This document shows, piece by piece, positions 24,920-37,508 of a stretch of 64,000 bases of DNA. Every line of letters begins with the position of its first letter. The stretch's first letter is position 1. Under the pieces are notes generated by a model, which was not told where the DNA came from, searched no databases, and saw only the letters and a list, made by a program, of their open reading frames with translations. The DNA lies in NCBI GenBank assembly GCA_976226885.1, contig OZ320313.1, positions 61,256,001 through 61,320,000 of the forward strand, in the 5' to 3' direction. Position numbers and translations under genes: made by a program. This stretch comes from Iphione sp. A-MEVVRFRX5. Its lineage: Eukaryota.

Positions 24920-27900
24920 TCGTACATTATCTAATACTTATATCATGTGTTTCACCTGGACCAATCAGATTACAGCATTTTGTAAACATCTGGTTGTTTA
25001 TTGTTTACTTCTGGTTTGCCTACGACTGCACTTTAGCATTACAAACTTGATTGAAATTGACAAATTTGTTTATTTATTTAGCTACAGAAATACTTGAAGT
25101 GGTGATATCGATAGCATTTCAATTTGATTATTTTAGAATGTTTATATGACTTCAAAATTATCCAATCTGCTGTCCTGAAAGAAAATATTCAGCATGCATG
25201 GTCGCATCAGACCAATGCATACATACGACAATGCTGTGGAATAGGGAAAGCACCCCGAGCCATGTTAGAACATGATTCACCATGTCTCAGATTGTGCTTG
25301 AAAACTATATTTTTCTACCATTAATACTACCTTGACGTGTTGCATGCATCACGTGTCAGCCTCAGGGTCACACTAACACAATAAACAGGTTAGTGTTTTT
25401 TTTTTACAGATTAATAAGTCTAGACTTGTTCCCAAGCTAGTTTGCTTACTCTATGCCCAGCGTTGGTAGATGTTTTTCGCGCTGGTCGAAGTATTGTATC
25501 GCCAAATAGTTAATAATAGGAAAGGCGTAATAATGTTTGTAGAAAAAACCCCACAAAGAATCCCATATTGAATAATGTAAAGAAACAATTCAGAATCTCT
25601 GATAGATCTACAAGGGAACAAATTGGCATAAGCTTACACTGACGGAAGTTCTATGCAACCGTCTTATCGCGCTCATGAACAATTCTATCTGAGTGTAATT
25701 TCACTTGCCACACCCATTGTTTCATTTTCCCCGGGACTCGCTGTGGTTCAGTGATGCTTCATTGATCTCATAGAAAATGGCCAAGAGGTATGATAAATTA
25801 CGGCTGCAATTTTATGCCGTTATTCCTCTTCGATTTGGTGCTCATAAATTTGACCAACCGTTTAAAAAATAGACTATGATGAGCAAATCGAAACTCTTTC
25901 TTTACGTTCCTATGCCACTTATCTTATTTTACTTTTTCATTATTCTACTTTTTATTTCATAGTATGAGAAACCCTCGCTCGAATGTAGCTCTCTTCGAGT
26001 AGAATCACCCCGCACAATTTACAAGTCCATGGGCGCGTTTTCGGTTCCTATCTTGTATCCCTGGCACTTTATTTCCTTGATGCCCATATTCGTCTTATTA
26101 TTAGCTTTCGACCACCCGAACTGCTCACCTTATTAACATTCATGACGTGTTACTTTAGGTACGCCATGTGTCCACCAGATGGCAGTATCTACCAGGTAAC
26201 GAGCTGCTCTAACGACTTGGCTATCTGGAGGACAGGGGAATGGCATTGTTGATGATCTATACTTGATGACGCCAACGCAGAACTCATATAGCCTATAAAG
26301 ATCTAGCAACATGCCAGTAAAGATAATATTGATATACGTATCTGATGAATGTAAAAGCATATACAATATTTACATCATAATCAGTAAGTAATTGGACACC
26401 CGAAATGGATGTCACCCTGTTGGTATCAACATATGAATGGTTTAAGTTGCTCCGCCTCCCTGATCCGAAAGCATATGTTTCCCTAGTTTTCGACGTTGCT
26501 TTACACGCCAACATGTATTGGTGATTGAAGCTGTTCGTTACGAGTCTTACTGCGGAAAACTAACTGATCGTGGACTCCATACATGTATACATGTATAAAG
26601 ATGTACTTGAGCATGGTCTTTCTGATGTCGGACGATGGCATGCGAGACACTTAAGCCGCTGTGCTACTGCGGTTGGTGTGTGCAGCCAGCATCCTTTATT
26701 CCTCGTACCTCGATCCTCCACAGGCCCACCCTCCTGGCTATTCGGTGGCATCAAGCCAAGAGTAGATCCCCCTCCCCCCGGCCACCCCCGACCCCTGACT
26801 CCCACCCGACCAGCCACCTATAGTTGGCATAGATCACGCCGCTCTACGGATCTCTCATCACCGACTTACTGTATAGCAGCGCGGCAAAGTCGGCCAATAC
26901 GATGGGCTGTACAGGCCTTCTACTGCCACCCCCATCACCCCCAATTTAACAACAGACACCCGCGACCACCGCCACCGCCAGCGTCGCAGACGTCACGTGG
27001 TACCGGCGGTGCCCTCTGGCGGCCGATAAGACCGATGGGCGCACTGATGTCGGCGATGGGCATGCGCGTGAAGGCGCTTCCGGTGAGTCTGAGTAGCGCC
27101 TCGGTCGACAATAGCGCCATGATGAATGTCACTGTGACGCTTGGCGTTTTGGTACGGACACGGCGGGCGGGGAGGAAGAGAGGACGGCTGGGGCTGTCTT
27201 GGATAGGAGGACATTATCTGTGGCTCTTGCTTCCCGATCTTGCCACCAGGAGGCTGTTAGGACGGAAGTCGTGCTTTCCATCAGAGCCCGGTGTGTCCAT
27301 CCAGTGTGTTCCTTCTGTCAGGTGGTCCTTATGAACAAGTGCTAAATACGCAACACTTTACTGCACCAATGATGACGCCTCGCCTGTATATAATCTATCA
27401 GGTCCCGCACGATAACCTGTATTCAAAACACCAGGTTTTAGAATATATATAGATATAGATGTAGTTATACAACATCTGTTTATTTATTTACCAAATAGAA
27501 GCAGAGAATATTGATCAACAAAAGAACAAGAAGACGCCAAGAACATTGAGGTTTTAATACCCTCGCCTTTACCAAGCCTCTGATAAGAAATCGCTCCATT
27601 ATTGCAGGTGGTGTTTTGTTTTGTATTGTTTTTATTCCCCGGTCGGTATTTCGTATTCGTTTCCCCTATATTAACAACGCAACTTGAGACTTTGGAGGCT
27701 TGACAATAACAAAAACCTAAACATACATGTTCTTTCTCATGCTGCTTTTAAGATGTTCGTAGTGTGCAGCTTCAGAGGCAGGTTCTTGTCCTGGTGGCTT
27801 TGGCGGCCTGAGGGACGTTTTAACTAAGGTTTACTAACTTGTACATTGTTGCGTTCCCTAGAATTACGAAACTGTACAAATCTCTCTCTGATGATCGGCA

Positions 27901-28255
27901 GCTAATTTGTACACATATCTTGCTAGTATTTGCCTGACTTTACAGTGCGGTATAGAGATTTCTAATTCCAGTGAATACACCAAACTCATATCTATACAGG
28001 ATCAGAGCACTTTGTCAAAAGATTAACAATTTTCAAGCTTTAAGACAGTCTCCTAAGTTGGTATATATTCATTTTATTTTACTATCGAGAACTATTTCTA
28101 ATCATCATTAAGCCACCCCTACTATCCGTTTCTCTCTACGTCCCTATCATCTCCCGAATTCATTATATCCTGTAATTGTCCTGTTTCTCAGTTATGGGAA
28201 ATACTCTGTGTTTATCTTCAGATCCTCTAGCCAAATGTGGGAAGGGCTTGAGAAT

Positions 28256-28340
28256 GGTTCGCACCTGGGTCATTCAACATGACTGAGCCTTCCATATGTA
28301 ACCTATGTGAGGGCCGGTGCTCTTGTCCACTGCACCACAG
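28256..28340 (-). other. tRNA-like Pol III head remnant
   Basis: Minus strand CTGTGGTGCAGTGGACAAGAGCA...CCCAGGTGCGAACC, resembling 22251-22320. Confidence 0.4.
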
Positions 28341-28504
28341 AGGTTGTACATAGGTTATACCATCCTTAGGTTAGACCATACTTCTTCCTTTCATTGCAGG
28401 AATAAAGTTGAATAGTTATTGGATCTTTCTCTTTTCATTGAAATATGTTTTCAAAAATTTGTTGATGTGGGAAGAGACGTCCACACCCCACCTTCTTTTT
28501 AATA

Positions 28505-28712
28505 TTTTGATAAATTAAATGCATCTTTAGCATGACCTCCAGAAATATTTGAAGTTTTTCATAAGTTCAGTGCATCATTAGCTGAGCTTCCAGTAATATT
28601 TGCCATTTTTCATAAATTAAATGCTTTTTTAGTGCTACCTCCAGAAATATTTGCAGCTTTTTCATAAATTAAATGCATCATTAGCATAGACTTCGGAAAT
28701 TTTCCTTTTTCC
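28505..28712. repeat. Tandem array, 4 x ~52 bp (copy 2 of the composite repeat spanning ~28105-30070)
   Basis: Same unit and same order of unit variants as 24192-24398; flanks 28105-28170 match 23823-23895 and 29884-30000 match 24738-24855. Confidence 0.85.
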
Positions 28713-28814
28713 TTTCATAAATGTGGAGGGAGAGACCCATGCACATTACATTTTCTTGTCTAACTATAATGTACTGTCTCTTTCTCCCTCTCTCTCTATT
28801 GATGGTGAAAGCTC

Positions 28815-29842
28815 TTGATTGAAATTTGAAATTTGTTTATTGAGTTCACAGTGTCAACACCTCTTGGGTTGATTTACAAATGAAACCCAACCAGATGCAA
28901 CAACATCCAGCAAACAGAAAAGCTTAAATCTAATTAACTGCCATGAGCCTCTTCCTTATCTAATACAGCTCTATAACATTAACTTTCTCATCATGCATAC
29001 ACCGAAAATAGGAAATGATTGTATGAGACAGTCATAATTTCAAGTACCATTCATTTTTCAACTATCAGTATTGTGTGTTGATACCTACCGGGCTCAGTAT
29101 AAAAATCTTTTAATACCTCTTTTAAACTCACATCATTCACCAACGACTAGTGACATGGGCAGCCTATTCCATTTGTTGGCACCAACATAAACAAAACTAC
29201 TAGCATAATATGAAGTACATGGTCTGTTCACCCTTATTGTTGGTCTTGCACCAGACTTGGTTACAGACCTCCTAACACTCAGGAAAAATTTGTTTTGAAC
29301 CATATCATTTGTGAGCATCATCAAGCTATACTCACGGAGTTGTGTCAGATCAAAGATGTTATTGGCACACAACCAGTGTCTGATGTCATCACATGAGGAC
29401 CATGGGTACAGCACTACACTTCTCAGGGCTTTATACCAGAGTCCTTCCTGTATATTCAGTTCCTGTATCCTCATACCATATGAGACCCCCAATCCATAAT
29501 AAAAATATGGACAGACAAAAACCTTAAAAAGCTGCCTCATTATATTCCCAGGTAAGAATTGTCTAGCCCAGTATCCCACCATCAAGATTAAGTCCCAGGT
29601 TTAACTGCTGCCCTTTGCCAAAACACTTATACTTTGTTTTTCCCCTATTTATGCAACGTCCATTATTTGAGCACCTTGCCTTGACATTGTACAAACTGTG
29701 TGGCGCCTTTGATTGCAGAGCCATCCTGTTCGAGCCCCAGGAAATAATCATGATATCATCTGCGGAAAGAAAGATTTTACTGGGAAATTCAATTTCAAAG
29801 ATAGAATTAATTAATTGGCACTTGAACAAGGTGCTATCTTGA
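28815..29842 (-). mobile_element. 5'-truncated LINE 3' fragment (RT C-terminus, 3' UTR, tail) nested in a composite repeat
   Basis: IFLSADDIMI...INRGKTK (29829-29563), FVCPYFYYG...SFVYVGANKWNRLPMSL (29585-29133); tail AATAAACAAATTTCAAATTTCAATCAA at 28841-28815. Confidence 0.85.
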
Positions 29843-32579
29843 CTTGACTTGTCTTGATGTTAGGGGTCACACTCTTCTAGACTGAAAGGGGGATTTGAAG
29901 GCCACCTTGGCTATTGCCTCGGTGGATCTAATCCTCTTGACTGAATTGGCAAATCACTCATATGAAGAGCGGGGTGGTTTAAATCAGTTAAAGTCCTCAG
30001 ACAGGCAATCCACTCTATTATATCCTCGTCCCTCAGCATTATATCATGTAATTGCATGTCCTCATACTTTAACTAATGCTAAAAGTATTCACTTATTTAT
30101 ATAAACTTTTGATATTTCTAAACTCAAAATTAAGAATTGATTCATTATGAGGCAATTTGTGAATTCTACGCTCATGGTATCTTGCAGATTCATTTTGATA
30201 AAAATATCTTGCAACCACAGGATTTGAACTCATTTTCGTATATATTCTAGTCCTAAACCTAAAAGTACTGACCTCTCTTGACTCCTTTCTAGAGTAGTTT
30301 CAAACTGTCATTACCTTTATTCCAGCGAGCACAAAACATTTTAACCATGGTAAGAAACAATATTTTTGGAAAGCAAATAACATAATTTGGTCAAGTCTCG
30401 AAAATATTTTAATGACATTTGACTAATGGTGCAGAAACATTTTTATAAATAATTTGATTTTTCTATTTTGATTTTTTTAAACATTTTGATCACTTCTTGG
30501 AAATGTCAAAACGTACTTTTGGACTTAGAAAAACATTTATTAGCAATTCATGTACTTTCCCTGCAAGAGTTAGAGAAGATCCTGTATTAGGCCTGTTAGA
30601 ATATTACGTATAGGGGAGTAAGCTGCCTTTCACTAATCAGATACGGTGTCTGATTTATGATTTAGGAAGGATGTGATCTATTTTTTACTAATTGGGCACC
30701 ACGCATCAGTACTTGTTAGGTAGGATAGAACCCTTTCTTCCTGCAAGAAGAAAATACGTCCGTCCTCTATGATATTCAGCAAACGTGTATTTTGAAAAAT
30801 TTCTCTCACAAGAGAATGCAATAGATGTGGTCCCGATGTTATTTGATAGGTTGATCGTAGATCTGACTGAAATATGTGCCTGCTTACTCCATAGCTGAAT
30901 GGTAGTCACGCATCGTATTGATGAATGGAAAAAGGTGAAGGATTTCTCATGAGGCAATGAGTAGAAGACCCTTAATGTGCAAGAAATACAATTAATATAT
31001 CAATTTTTCCATCCAGATATAAAATTAGTAACCCCCGCAAAAGGAACAATTGGCTAAAACACGCCCAGGACATGTAGGGATAAAGACCAACAGATATCCG
31101 AAGATAGAGGGCATTAGGAATCCATAGGGAAAAGGACCAATATCGTGGCGAGGTTTAGCGGAACAACAGCAAACCTTGCATTCTATGCGGTAGGCCCCTC
31201 GCGCACATCAAGATTGATGGTGACCGATCACAGTAACGCCATGCACGGCGGTCACGATGCCTTCATACGAAACGGTCTTTTATCACGCGACGCGAAAATG
31301 TCGTCGACGATCGAACAATGGCGCATGCTCGTAATGAACACGCCACTCACGCCACCTGAAGGACATTGCCGGATTCTGCGAATACTTCCCTGTGTGCAAC
31401 CGTGGGTGTGAATGTGCGTGCTCAGTACGTGTGTTAGAGAGCATGTGAGTGTGTGGGCGTTGGTCGTAGAAAATGGTCATGCACGTGGGTGCCTTCAGCA
31501 AGATTCCTACCCCTGCAAGCCAGATCGCCCTCGAGGAAGACATGCTTGGCGTTCGACGTAGTGGTGGTGTTCACGATGTACGTGTAGGAACATGTCAGCC
31601 CACTCTTTTGGATTCCCAGTTTAGCTTAATGCTTCTACCTGTGTCATCATCTATATAGTATTTATTCATCGTTCACACATGCACATATGCCTGTTGTTAT
31701 GCTTGACGTTTGATCTTTTTTAAGTTAATTCAGTTGAGTTTGAAAGTAGGGCATGTTTGCAGTGTTATCAACTTGTCCTCATACATCATCTCTTCACCAT
31801 ATATGTTCTGAATCAGATCCTCATTATAGAACAATTTATCACAGAAATTGATGAAAATTGATGGAATGGAAAACAACAAACAAAACAAACAACAGCAATA
31901 CAATATCAGATAAGCCAACTGTCAAAGATGAAATTGTAACATCATAAATCCTCTGTCCGCTTATATGTCTAGACACTACCCTTTCGTATGATACTCAATT
32001 CACCTACCTATTTTCCCTTCGAGTTCTATCGTATACATCTAGCATAAGTTTATCGTTTTCTTCAATACCTGATGGATCCGTAAACGATCTTCTACCCCAA
32101 CTTGCTAGCCGCGATTCTACACAGCTATTATGTAAGTCTGTCTGAAGTGAGACTGGGAGAGAGTGACATTCATAAGCAGATTAGCTGCACAAGTACATGT
32201 ACATGTAGATGTATATGTGTCGCATGCTTCATCAATTTCTTCATGAGCCTGTTTTCATGTAACCTGAAGTACTTGCATCAGGCAAAAGTCAAACTGCGGC
32301 GAATGATTACATTCAGTCGCTACTTTTGTTTTATTGCAAGGGCATATCAGTTTCAGATTGTCTGTTTCGTTCGTTTCGTGCTCCGCCCACACAATCTGAC
32401 GGTCTTTCAGCAACTATCAAATAACGAAAATTAAAAGGATAAACCGGTGAAGAAGTTTCCTTAACGAAGTCTTCTTTTCGTCAAAATGAGTATTGAATTT
32501 CTTGAGGAGCTAGACAACCTGGCCAGGTTTCAAAGTTCGTTCAGCGGGAAATATTTATTGTATTCGATGCATGAAAAGC

Positions 32580-32609
32580 TTTTTTTTTTTTTTTTTTTAA
32601 ACGTTTATT
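32580..32609 (-). terminator. Polyadenylation signal and poly(A) tail of the LINE
   Basis: Plus strand T19 (32580-32598) then aaacg-tttatt; minus strand reads AATAAACGTTT-A19. Confidence 0.85.
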
Positions 32610-32973
32610 TTCTCTGGAATTTTTTTGGAGGCTCGAGGCCATTACATTTTCAGATATTGTTGATTCGTACATATAAAGTTCTTCAAAACATTCAACGTTC
32701 TTCCTAAGTCTGTGAGAAAATTTGCCTTAATAGTATAGTCGGGTAAGTAGGAGTTGATGTTATGGGATGAGGTTAAAGGTGGTAAAGTTAGCTCTGATGA
32801 GTGGGAAAAATGATATGATATGATAAGGGGTGGGGAAAGGTATGCATGTGTTTTTGGATTAATATTGCACAGTTCCCGATAATCCGTTACTCTTTGGAGA
32901 TATGAAAGTTCATTTGTCAGGGGTCAGGAAGCAGGTCGTCAGGGTTTAAAGCAATCATATTTACTACAAGACT

Positions 32974-35835
32974 TCAGGGCACCCTCCAGTTTTCTTTTCG
33001 CAGCTTTGAGAGAAAGTAGCTTTTCAAATGTTTCTTCAGTATTTTATCCTTGGGTAAGGGACGTAATTTTAAAGACAAGGGTAAGTCATTCCATACTCGA
33101 ATCAGATTGTATCTACATGACTGCTTGTATATTTCTCTCTTTGGTTTTGCACATCTTTTACTTAGCCTAAAATCATTTCTGGTTTTACCTAAGGTAGTTG
33201 ATACGGTCTCACAGGTTAGATCACTCTTTACTGCTAGTATGGCCAGGTGGTAGTCACAACGAAGATCCAAAATTGGTAGATTCAATTTCAAATAGAGATC
33301 GACAATGCTACTAGTCCAGTCTTTATAACAAACCTTCACCACTCTGTCAAGCATCCTCCTAAGATTTAAAAACTGGGTACTGTCTCTCTTGTTTAAGAGT
33401 ACTGCTCCATATTCAATGTGAGGGATTATGAAGGCTTTTAGGATTTTACTTGCTGTTGTCGTACTCATATAAGGTCTTGTTTTATTGAACATGAAAATTA
33501 GTGGTTTAATCTTTTTAATTATTCCTTCAACTTGGCTTCTCTGACTCATGTGTTTGTCTAGAGTTAGTCCCAGATATTTTACAGAATCTACATTTTTGAT
33601 TGGTTGGTTATCTAGTTGTAGGTGTAGATGTGATTTCTTATATTTACTATTTCTGTTGCAAAAAGTGATTACTTCCGTTTTAGATGGATTGATTTTTAAA
33701 CGATTTGTTACACACCAGGTTTGCAGGTTTTGCAGATCATACTGTAGAGTTTCGGTTAGGCTAGTTGGATTTTCTCCCGTTGCCATTAATAAAGTATCGT
33801 CTGCGTATAATATACAAGTTGCACGCCGTATTGCATGAAAGGAGTCATTTATATATATGAGGAACAACAGGGGCCCCAGGATACTTCCCTGGGGCACCCC
33901 TGCTGTCACTGTTGCCAGGTCCGAGATAAGGTTATTTGCTTTCGTTTTTTGAGTCCGATTCGTTAAATAACTTTCAAGCCATGTTCTATATGTAGATAAA
34001 CCGTAATTATTTAATTTATTTAGAATAATTTTATGGTCAATACTGTCAAAAGCTTTGGCGTAATCTACTAGGGCCATACCTGTAAGCAATCCGTTATTCA
34101 GATTCTCATAGATGATGTCTGTTACTGCTACTCCTGCTTTTATTGTTGACTTGTCTTTTCTAAACCCAAATTGTTGTGGATGTAACAAATTGTTTTCCTC
34201 AAGATATTCATATATTCTTGTATGGACTATCCTTTCTATAATCTTGGAAAAAGTCGATAGTATTGTAATCGGTCTATAATTGCCTGCCTGTTTTCGGTCT
34301 CCTTTTTTAAAAATTGGAGTTATAATACCAGTTTTCCAATCTCTGGGTACAATACCTTTTTGCAGTGAACAATTTACCAAGTGCGTTATCTGCTCCGGTA
34401 TGGTTTGCAGTAAATCTTTTAATATTTTGTTAGTGCACCAGTCAATTCCAGATGGTTTATTTATATTGATATTGCCTATAATTTCTTTTATTTCCTTTTG
34501 CGTTGCTAGTTTCATAGGAAGTTCAGTTAATCTTGTCTCCACCGGGCAATGATTGATGGTGTGACTATCATCCAAGGCACCAAGTTGTTTACTCCCTATA
34601 CTTGCGAAAAATGTGTTTATGTAGTTGCAGGATTCGAACTCAGATAATTCTGCACCTGTTGCATCCATAACAATGATTTTATTTTCCTTCTTGTTCTTTG
34701 TTTTAAATAATCGATTGAGGTTCTTCCAGTATTCTTTAGGGCTTGGGTTATTATCTATCATTTTTTCAAAATATTTGGACTTGTTTCTTCTTATAAGAGA
34801 CTTAATAATGTTATTCATTTTATTTGCTAGTAGTAAGTACTTCATTTCCTTCGAACATCGAAATTGTCTCAGGTAGCGGTGTTTCCTATTTATGACTGTC
34901 ACTATTTCACTTGTTAGCCATGGTGTTAAGTATGTCTTGATGTTCTTTTTCCGTTTAGGACAGACAGCATCTAGTATGTCTATTAAGGTTATGCGGAGAA
35001 AATGCCATAAAAATTCTACATCATCACTCTAAAAAAATGGCCTCCAGCACACAGTGTTTAGATGTTGAATACTTTTGTTTAGGGTTTTCTCATTCCAACT
35101 TCTACATACTTTATTTCTTGTTTCGTATTTTTTTAAATGAGGTATAGTTGCTGTTAAGACTATTCCATGGTGATCACTGATGTTCGTCTTATCTATATCG
35201 ACTGATAGTTTCAATTTTGTTCTGGTGTATACATGGTCAATGATAGTGCTGGCTTGTTTTACTTCACGTGTGGGGGTATTAACCATTTGGGATAGTTTGA
35301 ATTTTGCCTCGAAATCTAAAAAATCCTGCTTGTGCCTGTTATTTTTTGTATAATCAATATTAAAATCTCCAATGAGAATAACTGGGGAATTTATGCTGGA
35401 CATGCAGTTTGATAGGTAGTCGAGCAAATTTTCAACCTTTCCTTGGGGTGGACGATATAGTAGGCCTATACTATGGTTTAACTCACCATCTATTTTTATC
35501 CACAAACATTCATACTCTTTGGTTGAATCAGATAAATTGCTGTATATTGACGTGTTAATTATTAAATTTGTTTTAGAATAAATACATAAACCCCCTCCTT
35601 TTTTGGTTTTCAAAGACTGGGTTTTTGTTGCCCTGTCACACCTTGTGAGGTTATATCCGTCGATGTCTAATAGGCCGTCTAGTACGTCGCTATGCAACCA
35701 AGTCTCTGTTAAAAGTACTAAGTCATATTTGTGATTTAAGATTTTAATTTTGAGAATATCAAATTTGTTAAGAACGCTTCGTATATTAATATAGAATATT
35801 TTTAGGGTGCCCCACTGTTGTTTTTTACTACTCAT
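32974..35835 (-). pseudogene. LINE ORF2 (APE endonuclease + reverse transcriptase), 954 codons with one in-frame TAG at 35031-35029
   Basis: Track ORFs 35029-35835 and 32974-34902 are in the same frame with 42 open codons between them (PFF*SDDVEFLWHFLRITLIDILDAVCPKRKKNIKTYLTPWLTSEI). EN motifs YINIRS, LTETWL, YRPP, GDFNID, IDHVY, SDH; RT motifs KPSGID, NYRPITIL, QFGFR, DYAKAFD, GVPQGSILGPLLFLIYIND, YADD, KYLG all intact. Confidence 0.95.
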
Positions 35836-36046
35836 TTACAATAATTCGGGATATGGTCATAGATTCACCCCATTCTAGTTCAGACATACCGATGAATGTA
35901 GAAGTTCGTAGTCGAGTTGATAATAGTGACATAGACAAGAACAGAGTCATTATTGAAAAAGTCCTTAATATCGCGAGAAAAGATAAAGAGATAATATAGG
36001 GGTAGTAGGCCGTAGTGCACATGATTTGCTGATAATGTATGCACAT
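35828..36046 (-). CDS. Candidate 72-aa hydrophobic upstream ORF overlapping the ORF2 start by 8 nt
   Basis: ATG-initiated; hydrophobic stretch PYIISLSFLAILRTFSIMTLFLSMSLLS; stop TAG lies within ATGAGTAG that begins ORF2. No recognised domain; could be chance. Confidence 0.25.
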   Translation of the reverse strand: MCIHYQQIMCTTAYYPYIISLSFLAILRTFSIMTLFLSMSLLSTRLRTSTFIGMSELEWGESMTISRIIVNE

Positions 36047-36788
36047 AGTACAATAGAATCAGCAAGTTGGGATCAGGGGGTGACCACTGGTTTCGAATTA
36101 CAGTTTCATTAATAGGAGTGTACTACCTATTTTAAATAATTCTTCAAGTAAAGGATTATCGGAACTCTGTCTTTATTAGTATTAATAGTTTGAAACGTTT
36201 CAACAAATCTCAAACGAGAGTTTCAATGCCTATGTTACAATCATAATGGATTACATTTATATGAGCCTGGGTATCAATAATCTCAAATGAGAAAGGTCAA
36301 TATATCATAAAACGCATACCATGTTTTTTTTAATGCGATAAATGTATATAGCTGAAGTCCAATGTACAGTAACGATTTCATATGTTAGTTTTGGTTAGTC
36401 ATGACATCAATCCAACACACAGTGCTCTCAACTGAACTTTGTACTGAGTGGCATACTTAAACAATTGCTAAAGTCTACCATTATGGCGTTTGTACTCAGG
36501 AATCTATCCTGTGTAAAATAGTAGCATTCTCGATTCTCCAATGAGAGCATACTTAGACATCATTAGATCTTGTATAACAATACAAGCATTAAACAAGTTA
36601 GATTTTGTATCTATCTACGACAATCTATAACTATCTGTCTGTCCTCTCCAATGAGAGCAGACAAAACGATCGAGCAGATGTGACTCATAAAATGAATACA
36701 TGGGTGTATCCTTCTTATTTACGTAACTCCAACGAGTTGATGCATATTTGTTTACTCAAACGAGTTTTTTAATGTTTATCGAGGCACA

Positions 36789-37457
36789 TTACATAGTGCA
36801 TTTGGTCACAAATTTAATCACTTCCTTTGCTGCTTGATATCTAGCCATATCATCAAAATGGCATCCGTCCACCAACTTAAAATACTTGTGATTGTTGACA
36901 CGATTGTTCCTCGAGTGAATAATTCCTCCTAACCACGGGGTAGGCATGTCCCTGCGTGCATTTGTAGCGGTTATTTCATTGTTGACTTTAAAAATTGCCT
37001 CGTCTATCACAAATTGGTAATAGTCTTTGGTATTTGGGTTAATCAGATAATTTCCCTGGTTGTAGTTATAAGCAGCGATGTCCGTTCCTGTGATGGTTGC
37101 AAATGAGAACGCACACGGCTTCAGGTGTTGCAGCAGCATATTTTCTGCATCGTACAGTTCAATTTGAAAACGAGTGAACATATCATAGACTGAGTCAGTA
37201 GCTGCACTGACCTGACGGATAATTTCGTTGTTTGGGAGTCGAAAATGCCTATCTAGCGTAGTAAGATTGTTGCTACCAGCCCATATTATGGTGAGCTTCG
37301 GTTTGACTTCAAAGGAGAACTGAGTAACTTTACTTGAAACCTGGTATAACCGGCGTCCAGGGAAGCTATGCACTTCAACTTAGTGACCTTGTTTCCATAT
37401 GTCATATTCCAAGTCTCGACCATGCGAGTCTGAGAAACAATGGATTTCTGTTTTCAT
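36789..37457 (-). pseudogene. SGNH/GDSL esterase ORF (222 codons) interrupted by one in-frame TAA at 37382-37380
   Basis: Reading upstream of the track ORF (37373) in frame gives ATG at 37457: MKTEIHCFSDSHGRDLEYDIWKQGH*VEVHSFPGRRL. All four SGNH blocks are then present: block I SDSHGR (Ser), block II SFPG, block III WAGSNN, block V VDGCH (Asp/His). Confidence 0.75.
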
Positions 37458-37508
37458 CAATACCGGTTTACAATACGCCATCATCTGCTACGTTCACTAC
37501 CAGGCTTA

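Noticed and set aside
26570-27334. 254-aa plus-strand ORF, the longest outside the LINE
   Set aside because: Pro/Arg/Gly-rich translation of a GC-rich, LTR-like block; no domain motif; overlapping ORFs on both strands as expected for GC-rich non-coding DNA.
22331-28712. Tandem arrays as possible CRISPR-like loci
   Set aside because: Units are contiguous degenerate repeats with no unique spacers; eukaryotic context, no cas genes.
35836-36200. 2A-like DxExNPGP peptide upstream of the endonuclease, as in some CR1/L2 elements
   Set aside because: Motif not present in any minus-strand frame examined.
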